Part shown: positions 39,851 to 54,138 of the stretch, piece by piece
Numbering within the stretch: the first letter of the stretch is position 1
How the letters are laid out: the number at the start of each line of letters is the position of its first letter
NCBI RefSeq assembly: GCF_036321535.1
Contig: NC_087436.1
Span: 62,002,001 to 62,066,000, forward strand
Reading direction: 5' to 3'
DNA from: Camelus dromedarius
Taxonomy: Eukaryota
Length of the DNA: 64,000 nt
The notes under the pieces: model-generated
What the model saw: only the letters and a program-made list of their open reading frames with translations
Told to the model about the DNA's origin: nothing
Database searches by the model: none
Position numbers and translations under genes: made by a program

Positions 39851-40937
39851 AAATATTATTATCGTTATTAGTGACTAGATTTCCAGTGCCCTAAATCCAG
39901 CTAAAATTAAGGCTAGAAAAATTGTTGTTACTCTCAGAACTTCTACATTACTTAAACATTTGTGCTTTCTTGAGTTTTAAATTTAATGCATTATTGAAGG
40001 TCACCACAATAGCATTAGGCTCAACGCATTTGTAGGAAAATAACCCAAAGAATAAAAATTATGTACGTCTTCCACTTATAAATATCTTGTTGAGGGATTT
40101 CTGCATTTGAATTAAAGGCAAAATTTTCTTCCAGAAAATACAAACATTGTTATCAAAAAGAAGTATAGTGTTGATGAAAGGATATTTTGAATAAGTTTTT
40201 TTTTTCATATCATGATGGATTCTTTAAAAAGTTAATCTCATTATAACAATAACAGAGGTATATAATGAAAGCATGAATTATATATGCCTTCTTTACCCAA
40301 CCCAACATTTCCAATTTCTTTCTCTTAAGACAGTTGATGTTATGTAATTAGAAATTATAGTATCCTCTCAAATATTGTAAATATTGCCTTTAAAACATAT
40401 GTATACATGCATTCTTTTAATGAAAATTAGTTTGGTTCAGAATTATATATTCTTAAGGATCAACCACCATTTATGAAAAGAAATAAGGTCATGACATTTA
40501 AGTAAAACATAAATATTCTGAGTATAGGTCTTCTAATATAGTCTGCCAAAATTGCAGAGAAAATTGAAATGTGTTTTCTGTCTACCTGTCAATCCATAGA
40601 TAGTGAGACAAAAACATTTGTAGCATGTTTCCAAATATGCAGCTGTTTGGTACCATACGAGTAAACAATTGGATGATGGGCAGAAGTATATAAATGAACA
40701 AATAACCTATGTGAAAGCAATATTGAATGAATTAAACTTTGACTTTCCTTCAGAATTTCCCAGATCCTCCTATAAACCAAGAATAGATTTCTCCCTGATG
40801 ACTCCATTTTTACTTCATGTATCTTGTGTGTGTGTGTATGTGTGTGTGTATACATTTCCTTAAATAATAGTATAACACTAGATAAAATCTACTGTTTACA
40901 AATCATCAATAATTTTTTAGAATCCTTTTAGAATATA

Positions 40938-42690
40938 TTTTTCAATTGTGGTAAAATGTACATAACATAAAATTTACCATCTTAAGCAATTTTAGCGTAC
41001 AGTTCCATAGTGTTAAGTACATTCACATTGTTGTGCAACCAATCTCCAGAACACTTTTCTTCTTGCAAACAAACTGTACTGATTAAACAACTACTCTCCA
41101 TTCCCCACAACCCCCAGACCCTGGTAACCACCCTTCTCATTTCTGTTTCTATGAATCTGACTACTCTAGGTACCTCATATGAGTGAAATCATACAGTATC
41201 TGTCTTACTTGTGACTTGCTTATTCTATAGCACAATTTTCCTCAAGTTTCACCCATATTGTAGTGTGTGTCAGAATTTCCTTCCTTTTTAAGGCTGAATA
41301 CTCTTCCATTGTATGTATGTGCCACATTTTGTTTATTCAATCATCTGTTGATGAACTCCTGAGTTTCATCCAACTTTTAGCTATTGTGAATAATGTTGCT
41401 ATGTATTGATAAATACCTAATTAAGTCCCTGTTTTCAGTTCTTTCGTATATATACCAGAAATGAAAAATTTAGATCATACAGAAATTCTATGTTTAATTT
41501 TCTGAGGTACCACCATATTGTTTTCCATAGTGGCTGAACTTTACATTTCTACCAACAGTGTACAAGTGTTCCAGTTTCTCCTAAAAGTTGTTCTTTTCTG
41601 TTCTTTTAATAGTCGCCGTCCTCTTGGGTATTAAGTGGTATTTCATTGTGGTTTCCACTCGCACGTCCCTAGGGACCAGTGAACTAGAACATCTTTTCAT
41701 GTGCTTGTTGGCCATTTGTGTATCTTCTTTGGAGAAATATTTATTCAAGATCTTTGCCCACTTTTATTTGGGTTGTTTGTGTTTTTCTTGTTGCGAGATA
41801 AAGGAGTTCTTTATTTATTCTGGATATTAACCTTTATAAAAGATATAATTTGCAAATAGTTCCTCCCTTTCTGTAGGCCGCTTTTTTTGCTCTTTTGTAT
41901 TCTTTGATGCACAGAAGTTTTCATGCAGTCCAATTTATCTATATTTACTTTTCTTACCACTGTCATATTTTTTGGTGTCACATCCGAGAAATCATTGCCA
42001 AATTCAGTGTCATGAAGCTTTTCCCTCAAGATTTTCTACTAAGAGTTTCATAGTTTTAGGTCTAATATTTAAGTCTTTAATCCATTCTGAGGTAATCTTT
42101 ATATATGCTAAGGTAAGGATCCCCCAAATTCATTCTTTTGTATGTGTATATCCAGTTTTCCCAGCACATTTGTTGAAGAGACAGTTTTTTCCATGGAAAT
42201 GTCGTGGCATCCCTGTCAAAATTATTTGACCACACATGTGCATGTGTATATCTGGGCTCTCTATTCTTTTCTGTTGGTGTATGTGTCTGTCTTTATGCTA
42301 GTAGCATTTTGTTTGATTATTGTAGCTTTATATATACTAAGCTTTGAAATCGGGAAGTATGAGACTTCCAATTTTTTTTTTTCAAGATTGTTTTGCTATT
42401 ACTAGTCCCTTGAGATTCCATGGATTTTAGGATGCAATTTTCTACTTCTGGAAAAAAAAAAAAAACCACTCCTGGGATTTTTATGAGGATTTCATTAAAT
42501 CTGTAGGTTGCTTTGAGTAGTGTTGACGTCTTAACAATATTAAGCCTTCCAGTCTATGAGCACAGGATGTCTTTCCATTTATTTGTGTCGTCTTTAATTT
42601 CTTTCAGCAACATTTTGTAGTTTCCATTATGCAAGTCTTTTACCTCTTTGGTTAACTTTAATCTTAAGTATTTTATCCTTTTTTGATGTA
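40938..42690 (-). mobile_element. L1MA/MB-like 3' ~1.75 kb
   Basis: attgtggtaaaatgtacataacataaaatttaccatctta; gccatttgtgtatcttctttggagaaat; cccagcacatttgttgaagagac; gatgtctttccatttatttgtgtc. Confidence 0.92.
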
Positions 42691-43194
42691 GGACCAGCTG
42701 GATCCAGTGGTACCAAGTCCATTCAAAAATCATCCAGGTTGATAAAAGGGTCTGGTTAGAGATTCTATGGGGCCATTATGTTCATCTGGGGTCTTGAAAT
42801 TGTGATCTACTTAGTCTTATGGTATCATGTTCATGCTGTAGTTGTCCATGTGGATAAAAGAGTAGGTCTGGTCTGGGGAATCCCAGGTGCCCCTATGTTC
42901 ATCTGGGCACCAGAGTGCTGCCTTGGCAGGTCTAGCATGAATCCCCTTGGAGTCCCCATTTTCTACCTGATGTGCCTCTGGAAATGAAATTTCTTCAATG
43001 TGCTCTTGTCAGGGACTTATAATTTCAAAATAGTTCAGAACCACAATTTTCTTTTGAAGCAGTCTACTTGATAAATGCAATGTTTCTGACTAGGATAAGT
43101 ATGGGGTTTAAAAAAAAACTCACAATTTTGAACATTGCTAATTTTATGGACAGTGGAGCTTCCAACTTGAACATTGGAATCAGACAAGTCCTCA

Positions 43195-43780
43195 TTGCCA
43201 GTACCTGTAAAGGTGATGATTATGGATTATGTTATGTTACATAGAACAATTTATCTGAAAAAAGGAGAAATTATCCAGATGGGCTTTAATTAATCACATA
43301 AGCCCTTAATTAGAGAACTTTTTCTGGATAATGGAAGAAGACCAAGGCAGAAGAGGAAACAGATGTAGCAGAAGTGGCTGTCAGAGATGTGAAGCATGAG
43401 AAGGGCTCAATACCCTGTTGCTGCTTTGAACTTGCAGGGGACACATGAGAGGGAATACACAGGCCTCTAGGAGCAAAAAGCAGCCCATGACTGATAGCAA
43501 CAAGGAAACAGGAACTTCAGATCTACAACTGTGAGGAACTAGATTCTACCAATATCCTGAATAAGCTTAGAAGAGTCTTCCCAGAGCCTACAAGTTAGAG
43601 CCTAGCCCAGTCATCGCCTTGATTTCATCCTTGTGATATCCTAAGAAAAACCCAGCCAGCCAAGCTAGACTTTTGACCTAAAGAACCATGAGGTAACACA
43701 TTTGTGATGCTTTAGGACACCAAATTTGTGATAATTTTTAAGCCACAAAAAAACAAAGACAAACAAACAAAAAACTAATA
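43195..43780 (+). mobile_element. MaLR LTR (MLT1D/E-like)
   Basis: gaaattatccagatgggctttaattaatcacataagccctta; caaggaaacaggaacttcagatctacaac; acttttgacctaaagaaccatgag. Confidence 0.85.
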
Positions 43781-43789
43781 AAGGGCTTA

Positions 43790-43844
43790 AAACACCAGAA
43801 ATTGACACATTGTAAACTGACTATACTTCAATTAAAAAAAAAAA
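43790..43844 (+). mobile_element. Very short L1 3' terminus with poly(A)
   Basis: caccagaaattgacacattgtaaactgactatacttcaattaaaaaaaaaaa; same terminus as the L1s at 19635 and 46649. Confidence 0.8.
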
Positions 43845-46530
43845 TCAAGCAACTGAAAAAAAAATACAGCCAGCATTTGGTGCACTGAAGGTGTTCAGTA
43901 AATATTAGCTCTCTGCCTGCTTTACACAAACTCTTAACAGTATCGTTGGGCACACAGACTGGTTTCAGTTACATTTGTCTAAAAGAACAAAATTCTTACA
44001 ATGCAAGGCATAACTGAGTGTCACCTTCTTCCATAAGATTTCTCTGATCTTGGGCAAAAAAAGGTGTGTCTTCCTCTTTTTGAACTACGAAAATGGTTTT
44101 ATTTATATTGTTTTACCACACTAACTGCATTTTGATGTTAATTATAACTATGCATAGATATCTTCAAAACTAGGTTACACATCCCTTGAGAATGTAGTCT
44201 GGACGTTATTCATTTTCACTTCTGATCTTACTATTTGTCCCATTAATTTGTGCACATTTACAACTCTTCACATATTTATTGAATAAATACGTATTTACTG
44301 CTTCACTACTTGATATATTCCATAATCAAATATACTCAATAGACAAAGATATTTTATTGCTAAAAATATAAGTGGAACAATTAGCTGATAATACCTGTGG
44401 AATAAATATCTGCTAATAAATACTGAGAAACACTGAATAATTAGCTGATTGTTCCTACTTCTGTTTTGAGCCCACCATTTTATTTGTAGCTGTCCTATTA
44501 TCTGATTCATTTCCTGTCTTGCAGGTGAACTGATTTCTTAGCTGCCTCAAGGTTACAGGTGTCCCATGAATGTTAAACAACAGAAAAAGGTTTGTGAAAG
44601 TATTTGAAACATTATGATTAAAGCTTTAATGTGAAGAATTCCCCACCATTTGAAGAGAGCCAAAAGTCATCAATAATCATTACAGTATCTAAGAAGGGCA
44701 ATATAATTTAAAAACATTTGTCAAACACTCTTTAAAAAAACACTTACCTTAATGGCTAAGAGTTGAAAAAGGTTGGAATCTAAATATTTACCAGTTCTTT
44801 ATCTTGTCATTCCTCCTTAGTAATTCTTAGAGAGGTCAGTGACTTTCATGTAAGAGTATCAAAAGTCTACACTTTTCTTTGCTGTCTTTCAAATCTGAAA
44901 ATAAATATAAAGAGAGAAAGTAATGTTACTTCTACTATTTATATAAATTTATGCTTTAATTAGGTTTCAGGGCTAAATATAATAATGAGAAGAAATAGCA
45001 AAATTAGAATATTAAATAAATGATGAGAATTCCTATTTAACACAGGAATGAAATTGTGCATTTAGAAAGATCAAAATTAAGGCTTTCAAAGGGAACTGAC
45101 TATACATTTCAATTAAACAAACAAGAAATCCACAGTCATATTTTTCATTTTGTTATAAAAATAAGCTGTTCATGGCTATAAAAGATGTTTGAAAGTTACT
45201 TCAGATATTGCTTTTGGAAAATCCATTAACGTGGATAAAAATACTTCCCCCTCCGGAATTGTACCTTTTCATGTTCTTAAAAGTTTTACTTTCTCAGAAG
45301 GCTAAAATTTCATCCATTATAAACCAATTGATTTATTCTGTGTGACAATAAAAATCTGGTTTTGTGTCATTTGGAATTATTTCTGCTGTGATAATTCTTT
45401 CAAATATAGCACCTCTTAAAATAAAAAGTAAAGATACATATTTATAAGTATCCATATATAATTATTATCATTATCATCTTTAAGTATAATAATATAATGG
45501 AAAGATGAAGACAGTTAAAACCTACAGTCCTATAACCTAAATATTCTTAGAGATTTTAACACCTGAGAATGGGCTTGAGTTGAAAAGAAGTAAAAAGTCT
45601 GTGCTAAGGCAAAGGATATAACTAATGATTAAACAAAACACATAAAGACTGACGGTAAGATTGAACTGCAAGACTGATAAAGGAATAATTATTTTTATTT
45701 GAGTGTCTATAAACTAGTTCTATTAAAGTAAACTACCATTTAGAGAGACTAGGGGGCATTAATATTACTGCATGTTTAAGAGGAAATGAGAGAAAACCAA
45801 AGAATGTTTGGTAAAAGCCTCAGAGGAGGCATTGTATTTAGATGAAATAGGTTTGTATAAAATAGGTGCTTGCTGAAAGAAATCTTTTCGAAAAGTAATG
45901 AGGCAAAATAATAATGATAAAAAAAAGTAATGAAACAAAACACCTAGTTTGTCTTTTAGAATTTCCAAACTTCAGCAAATGAGACAATATTCACAGGTCA
46001 TACCTTATAATTAATACCATGATTACCAATATTATCTGAATCTGTATACGCACAGAACTTTCAAGTTTACAAAAGGTACGTGTATTGATACATGTACATA
46101 CATTATACATATATACATAGCTTCTCATGGCATTGATGATTATTATCCTGATTCTACTGCTGAAGAAACTTAGGCTTAGAGAGTTTAAATGGTTTGGCTC
46201 ACAGTATATAAGAAAAAAAAGAGCTATAGACAAGTCAGCAATCCTCATAATAGTTCTGATAGTTTTAATTCATAATCCACACTACCTTGCCACCAAAGAA
46301 TACACTCTCACTTATTTAACATCTGAATTATAAGCAACAATATTGAGGACCTGTAAGTTAGACAATATTGTGGTAGTTAAAAAAAACAATAAGATAGGGA
46401 ATCATTTCCTTGATTCTTAAAGGAAAGCCAATCCAAGGATACATTATGAATGTTTATATTACTAGACAGAAGAAGTTGGATATTATCTGTGATGGACAGA
46501 GTTAAGACTTCTCACCCTGTAGTATGGACA

Positions 46531-47680
46531 TGTGGTATAATTGATTGTGGGGAAAATCTGTGGCTTCCACGCAATAGAATAAGCAATAGAATATAGGAAA
46601 GGTGATGGGATGTTATCCCCAGGATTACATTCTGTTATATAAATCATTTTTTTCAATATATATATATTTTAATTGAAGTATAGTCAGTTTACAATGTTGT
46701 GTCAGTTTCTGTTGTATAGCACAATGCTTCAGTCATACATGAATATACATATATTCATTTTCATATTCTTTTCACCATAGGTTACTACAAGATATTGATT
46801 GTAGTTCCTTGTGCTATACAGTATGAACTTATTGTTTATCTATTTTATATATGTTAGTATATGCAAATCTCAAACTCCTAATTTATCCCTAAATCTTTAT
46901 TTTAACAGATGGGAGCATGAAATTCTTCTCATTTGCTTGGCAAGGTAAGTGTCCTTGTTGAGAATGTCCACAAGGTTTGTGACTGTTGGTGACCTCAAAA
47001 ACCTGAGAGCAGCCTCTAGCCCCCAGCCAGCTGAAAGGAAATGAATTTAAATGTTTGAAAGCAGGTGTTTTTTCAGTCCAGCCTTCAGATGGGAGCACAT
47101 CCTCACACTTGATGTAGTCTTGGGAGATCCTTAGCAGAGAATGCAGTTAAGCCTTGATAGATAATGGCACACAGAATCTGTGTGATGAGAAATGTGTGTT
47201 GCTTTAAGCCACTAAATTGGAGTAAACTTATTACTAAACAATAGTAAACTGATACCAGTTTTTGTATCAGGACAGGATGCTTCTGTAACAAATATCTAAA
47301 ATTGCAGGGGTGGCTTTGAAACTTGCTGATGAATGGAGGCTTGAAGGCATTTCAGGAGCACTGTAGAGAAAGCCTGAGTCACTCTGAAAAGGCTGTTAGT
47401 GGAAGTCTGGACTGTGGTTTGCTATATTAAGGGCTCAGAAGGAACATGTTATTGGAAACTGGAGGCCATGGGATTTTTATTTCATAGTGGCATACAACCT
47501 AAGGAGAATGTCTCCTACACTTACGTGCAAAGCAGAAGTGATAAGTGGTGAAATTGATTATATAGCAAAGGAGATTTCCAAACAAAGTGTTGAAAGTGGT
47601 GCCTGTTTTTGTTTTTGTCTTTCTTTTTTTCCCCTGTTGTTTATAGTAAAATGAGAGATTAGAGAGATAAATGGAGGGTA
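46531..47680 (+). mobile_element. MLT1 (G/H-like) LTR plus start of internal region, interrupted by an L1
   Basis: gtgatgggatgttatccccaggattacatt; aaatgtgtgttgctttaagccactaaatt..aactgatac; internal gtaacaaatatctaaaa..gtggctttgaaact..gagatttccaaacaaagtgttgaa. Confidence 0.85.
46649..46889 (-). mobile_element. Young L1 3' end nested in MLT1
   Basis: ttaattgaagtatagtcagtttacaatgttgtg; probable TSD taaatcWtt at 46640 and 46890. Confidence 0.88.
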
Positions 47681-48014
47681 ATTTTTAAAATTATCTCCCA
47701 CTGTAGGCAATGGAAATCTACTGAAGGATAAGTGTGGGAATATGTGATCAGATTTATATTTTAGGAAGATGGCTTTGGGAGCGGTATGACTGAAAAACTG
47801 GAAGTGGTATTGGCTAAGGATATTGGTGAATTTCTACTCACAGTCCAGAATTAACAATAACTGCTTATCCAGAAAGTCTTCCATAATCAATGAGCATTTG
47901 ATGCCTCTTTTCTGGACTGCCATTAGTGTCTAAAATACTCTATAACACTCTTGATATTCTATTGTAATTACTGAATAACTTGTCTATATTATATATTGAC
48001 TATATATTTCTTTT

Positions 48015-48512
48015 AGCAGTTTCTTACTTTCATATTGCTGCTATAACAATTTACCACAAATTTAGTGGCTTAAAATAACACAAATTTATTATCTTAACAG
48101 TTCTGGAGGTCAGAAGTCTAATCTTATAGGTTAAAATAAACATTTTTGGCAGGCTTGCTTCCTTCTGGAGCGTCTAGAGAAAAATCTGTTTTCTTGACTT
48201 TTCCGTCTTCTAGAGGGCTCCTGCATGTCGTGGCTTATGATCCCTTCCTTCATTTTCAAAGCACATCACCCCAACTTCTGCTTCTGTCATCATGTCTTTC
48301 TGACTGTGTCTCTCCTGCCTCCCTCTTTGGTTTATAAGGTCCTTGTGATTACATTGGGCCCACCTGAATAATTCAAGATAATCTCCCCATCTCAAGATTA
48401 TGATTTTAATCAAATCGGCAAAGTCTCTTTTGCCATGCAAGGTAACCTATTCAGAAGTTCTGGGAATTAGGCTGTGAACATCTTTGATGGGGGGCATTAT
48501 TCTATTTACCAC
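48015..48512 (-). mobile_element. MaLR solo LTR (MLT1D-like)
   Basis: ttgctgctataacaatttaccacaaatttagtggcttaaaataacacaaatttattatctt..ccttgtgattacattgggcccacctgaataattcaagataatctccccatctcaag. Confidence 0.9.
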
Positions 48513-50788
48513 TTGAAGAGTTTACGTTTTTCTTCTCTGTATCCTCTGCCTAGCATTGTTCCAAAGGCATGTTCCACAAAGCCTTAAATAATCAAAGGCT
48601 TATTGACAGAATACATGTGTTACCAACAACTAGCCTTCTTTTTTTAATGGGTCATTTTATCAAATATTTCTTGCGATGACATATGCTTTCCAAAAATCCT
48701 GGATCTTCTGTTGGCCTCAGCTAGCTTCACTCTTCAATAACACAGGGATCTGTGAGGAAACTGCTGCCCTGCCCTGGTAATGACACTGCCATCCTGTTTG
48801 TCCTTTTGACTGATACTGAAAAAGCCACAGCCCCATTTCTTCATTCTCCACATCATCATTTTACAAGTGTGTATGAATGTAACATATTTAATAAAGTTCT
48901 GATGGAAGTGTCTTAGGGAAGATTCTGGTACTTTTCCTTGTCTCCAAAATTAACTACTTCAGATCTCCAAATTATCACTCTCATGCCTTTAGGCAGGTCC
49001 CACTCTTTACCACAAGAAACGCTTTTTCTCTGAAGATTCATTCATCTGTTTCTATTTTCTCACATCTTACTTTGTCATCATAAAGGTACTTCTCTGTATT
49101 TCTTTTGGCTGCATGTTTTCCCCAATTCTGATCTGATTAAATTAAGTCATTGCATGGAGGGCTTTTGAATCCCTTATATAAATCACAAACCTTCATAGTT
49201 CCCACCGAATCCACAAAATATGTTTAAGTATATACATTTATTGTTATGTGATTAATCAGGCCTCTCAGGGGCTTCTCACTTCCTCTCGTGACACTGTATG
49301 TGAAACTCATCAGAGAGGTACGGCAGAAGTGACACTTGCCAAGAGAACATTTTAAGCTCCTGTTTCCTAGTTGATTACACACCTGGAGGAACCACCATTC
49401 CTAGCCTTCCAAGGTCATGCCAACTACAATGATATGTTTTAAATAAACTAGTGCTCAAGGTAATTCCTATCACCTGTCTTTTTATCTATCAATCACTGGA
49501 AATAAGTGTGTTGCTTCTAGATGCTTTGCAGTATTCTCTCTGACTGAGAAATTCTTACAAGGCAAATCAAAGTTGTCTTTATGTCACCTTTAATAATAGG
49601 GATTGAGTACCACTGATTACTAAATCTAAACACGAAATCACGAGCTTACCATTAGGCAATTTTGGACACAACCTATGGCATTTAATTTTAGAAAATATGT
49701 CCAACTTAAACTTGTATCTTTTTTTTAAATAAAAATCTTGCTATTGACATTGAATTAATAGGTGTATGGACGAAATGGTAAGTAGTTATTTAATGTAATA
49801 CGTTAGTTTAGAAAATTCAGAAAGAGGGAGTCTGCCAGACTATTTTCTCAAATGTCATGAATGCTATGACAGTATTCAATAATACTTTCTCTGGGTGGCA
49901 AAAGTGAAAATGATGTTAGATGACATTCATTGATTGCTGAGCTGTGATATATATTGCCCTACATATTTAATATAGTGAATAATTCTTTAGCTTCTATTTT
50001 CTTCCTATTTTATGAGAAGAAGGCCAGAAGAAAGTCTAGAGAAATTAGGCAACTTCTCCCCAATTTTACACAACAGTGAGTGATGGAGCTGGAATTTGTT
50101 GCTAGCTTGTATGGCTCCAGACTGTTACCTGGATAATCATAAAAAAAGAAGAGTTTTTACTACTACCTTGGATTGATTCCTCAAACTCCTCCCCCATCTT
50201 TTTTTGGGTTACTAGTGAGTTCCAGAAATATGAAATGGAAAAAAATGAGACCTAAGAAGTTATTTATGTTCTTTTCTTATGTGATTTATTTATTTCCATA
50301 TGTTCTGTTTATATTTTAATGGAACAACCTTGAGTTCTGTTATCTGCTGAGCATAAGGTCCATTAGAAAGTCAGAGGAGAGAGAATGGGTAATTTGAAGG
50401 AAAAGAAAGATGTAAAGGAGAAGAAAAGAAACGGAATAATGGGGATCTAGGAAGAACAATGATGAAGTAGCCACTGGCACTTTTCCTTAGAGACAGAAGA
50501 TGAGTAGGTAAATGTGGGCATGAGGTCTGCAGGGCAGAAATAGGGCAGTTTATGCACATTAACGTCAGTTCCTCTTGGGTAGAGAGTCATTGTCAGCAGT
50601 GAGCAAGGGGGATTATGAGAGTTATGAGACTTGAATAAAAAGCAGTAACTGCTTGAATATTTCATGTGTCAACTCAAAAGACTTAGAAAAACAAACAGGC
50701 AAAATTACGTTTGTGATGGATAATGATGATATGTTGGAATCACAATGGAGGCATCACAGTTGAGGCACGCAGAAAGGAGTCAGGCGGC

Positions 50789-51415
50789 TGTTGAGGATCT
50801 GATCTCACATCCCTCTGGTACACATCCCTGTACCTTCTGTGAATTGTACCCAATCCAAGGACACCAGCCATTTTTAAAACAACACCTGCTAGCTGCAACC
50901 TCATGATCTCAAGGTTGTTACCCTTGTAACTATGCAACCATTTCAGACCCCAACCAATCCTTGCCTAACAAGCACTCTTACTTCTTGCCAGCTTTAATTA
51001 TAATTCTTTTTTAAATTGATGCAGAGTTGATGTACAATTATTATATAAGTTGCAGGTGCACATTATAGTGATTCACAATTTTTAAAAGTTATACTCCGTT
51101 TATAGTTATAAAATATTGGCTATATTCCCTGTGTTGTACAATATATCTTCATTGCTTATTTTATACATAATAATTTGTACCTCTTAATGCCCTTACCCCT
51201 ATAATTACCCTAAGTATAATTCTTGATAAACAACTCATATAACTAACTGCAGCCTTGTGGTTTTTGCCTTTACAAACTTCCTCTATTTTGTAGTCCAGGA
51301 AAACCCAATTCAAGTGCTTCTTGAATTGGTAACTCTTAGGCTGTTGTCTTAATAAACCTCAAACAGATGCCTCTTTATTTCAGTCAGGTATCCATTTATG
51401 GAATTTCAGTTAACA
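50789..51415 (+). mobile_element. ERV1-like LTR (MER34/39-like) interrupted by an L1
   Basis: tgttgag start (uncertain), AATAAA at 51351, ends ttcagttaaca; no clear TSD. Confidence 0.65.
51009..51210 (-). mobile_element. L1 3' end nested in LTR
   Basis: aaattgatgcagagttgatgtacaatt..ttatagttataaaatattggctatattccctgtgttgtacaata; 14-bp TSD taaKtataattctt at 50995 and 51211. Confidence 0.88.
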
Positions 51416-52592
51416 ATAAATATGCAGGATTGTGGTTGCAGTTGTATCTGTGTATATCTGTGTGTGTGTAAATCTGGTTGTAGAGGCAAAGAAAACACTT
51501 AACCTGGATTCATTAAGGTTTAGAAGTTTACACTGTGGTGCTGGGATTGATAAAAGTGCCAGCTAGAAAGTTTGCAAAGGGAAATACGCAGCCCATGCTG
51601 GACAGAGAAAGAAGAAAAAAAAATATGTGGCGAATGTCCCACAGGAATTTAGAGGTTCTAAAGTTTGGGTTGTAAAGAATAGTATACTGACAATAAGGCT
51701 GTTCATGTACTAGAATGCTGATAGTTTAGGTAAGAGGGTGTTATGTTATATGAACATATCAGACGTGGACTTTGTGCTTCTGTGATGTACTAAATGTACC
51801 CACGAAGTTTGGTTGTCACAGAGGGATTGAACTAGAGTGGGGGTTTAAAGAAGGTCAAAGAACTCTGAGTGTGGAGTGTGTGTCAGTTTCCACACATTAA
51901 TATGGACAATACTGAGAATAATAGTTGGAGCAGGAAGATGAAGACTATGAGTCCAAGGGCAAAACTGTCATGGAAAGTGATAGGGTAAACTTGTCAGAAA
52001 TTCTTAAATGATTATTTAGGTGAAGTAAGTCAAAAGAGGAATTTCATGCACAATTGCTGAAGAGACATAATGTGCAAGTAGCAATTTCACTATTTAACAA
52101 AATATATACTGTATTTCTTTATCTCATTAACTGTCTTCCCTAGCAGGATATAAGATCATGAAAGCAGAGAATTTTACATAATTTGTCATTGACTTCTCCT
52201 TATTCTTAAAATCTGCCTGACATATAGTTAGTGCTCAAGAAATATCTGCTGAATGAAAGCTGGAAGAATAAATCAAAGAATGATGAATAAAATGGTAATT
52301 GAAAAATTAAAATGTGGACTTTGCCTTCTAGTCCTTTGATGAATATGAGATATGAGAAAAAAAGAGTAGATGAAAGAAAACTGGTATCTTAAGGGAAAAT
52401 CCATCCTGTTTTTAGTTAAGGCAGAGACAAAAGAAGATTTTGACAGATTATATTAGAAAGTGGCTGGGTCCAAGATGAAAATATGGACAGTAATAGGAGA
52501 AAGGCATTAATGACCAAATAGAATGCTAATTTGGCAGAGATGAGGTAAAAATGATACTAGTTTTATGGCATGAGTAATATTAGGTAAATTAC

Positions 52593-53690
52593 TGTACCAT
52601 TATATCAATTAGGGTAACAATAAAAAACAAGTGGTATATGCAAAGGATTAGTTGCAGAGAGTGTAATAAAGAAGCTATTTGCAAGGATGTGGACAAAGCT
52701 AAAGAATCCAACAAGAGATGGTAAAGCATGCAGGCACTAGCACCATGGAATGTCAGTACCCTTGAAGGGTAAGGAAAAATGGTGGTGCTGTTAAACCTAG
52801 CAAGAGCGCTAACTGTCAGAGCAGGCAGATAGCTAGATATGAGCAGAGAAAGGGGGACACAGACCCAATGGCAGAAATTGGGCAGAAAGGAGGGGCACAG
52901 GCCAAATGCAGGAAACCACACATCATGTAAGCAGCAGGGATCCTTGGGCAGAAAAAGAAAAGCAGGAACCTTGGGGCTGATAAGGGATCATGCCTTTTGG
53001 GATGACAAGTGGTCTGGAGAAGAACAAAGAAAGGTGAGAAAAGGCAGGAATTTCTAGTGTCCGAATGTAACCTTTTGCTCATTATGCCCTCATTTCAAAA
53101 AATTAGCCTTGCAGATCAGAAGTTCCCATCATGCACTGACGGACGCCATGACACTTCCGATCCAGACTAAATAAGGACAAAAATCCCTCCTCCTGTTGGG
53201 AAGGTGGAGTTGGGATGATAATCAGGGAATAGGACCCCAAACCCTTCCCTCCCCAATGAATATTCTGCCCATCCATTTTTACACCCTATGTAGCCAACTT
53301 GCCAAGGAAACTCAAGGCAGCTGCTCACCTGAGCCTTCCCGCTCTCCCCTGAGAGTGTACTATCCATCCTTTAATAAATCCTCACTTTACCTTTTTTAAC
53401 CTCTAAGTCTTGTCTCTGAATTCTTTCTGGGATGAGACAAGAACCTGGAACACCGGTTGCATCTATCGGCAACATAACTATGAGATGGGCTCCAAGAAGG
53501 AACGATTGTTTTAGGTAGAGGATTTCAGCCACTGTCAAAGTGCAGGCTGCCAAGGAATGATGGGGGTGGGGGCAATAGACACACTGACCCTCCTCTATTT
53601 CCTCCTGCTTATTCCCATTGGTGTCAAAGGCTGACAGAATCAAGCCAGGAGCAGGAGGGAGTGGAGAATGGACCTAGAGAGAGACAACCA
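52593..53690 (-). mobile_element. Old ERVL-type LTR (LTR33/LTR16-like) split by a younger LTR
   Basis: Remnants on both sides of 52814-53474: aattagggtaacaataaaaaacaag..ctatttgcaaggatgtgg; ttcccattgg..gaatggacctagag. Confidence 0.45.
52814..53474 (+). mobile_element. ERV1-like solo LTR
   Basis: tgtcag...gcaaca termini, perfect 4-bp TSD taac (52810-52813 and 53475-53478), AATAAA at 53373. Confidence 0.92.
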
Positions 53691-53849
53691 TTTATCATAA
53701 TGTTGAATACCAATGGAGGAGCAGGAATATGTATATGGACTTTTATGTATAGTGTGTATGTGTAGGTTTGACACCTGTTTGGTTTGATATGTCCATGCTT
53801 CATGCAGGTGGCCATATCAGGCTGGCAGCCAAAGATACGGGTGTAGAAT

Positions 53850-54138
53850 TGAGCTGTCCAATAAAGTAGCCACTAGCCTCATGTAGATACTGGGCATTTG
53901 CTATGTGGTTAGTCTAAATTGAATTGTGCTGTAAGTATGATTTTGAACAGCTAGTATGTAAAATTATATAAATATCTTCTTAATATTTTATATTTCTGGA
54001 ATAGATTGGTCTAAGTATATATATATTTTAAAATAATTGTATGTCTGTTTTCACATTTCTAGAGGTGGTGATCAGAAAATTTAAAATACATTTCAGCCTT
54101 GCATTTGTGGTTCCCATTGTTTCTGCTGGGCGATCCTG
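53850..54138. mobile_element. MER33-like hAT-Charlie MITE
   Basis: gctgtccaataaagtagccactagcctcatgtag..; agaaaatttaaaataca..tgtggttcccattgtttctgctggg. Confidence 0.8.

Noticed and set aside
44525..44590. Plus-strand exon (ttcctgtcttgcag .. aag/gtttgt)
   Set aside because: The donor is weak, all frames have stops, and nothing else supports it.
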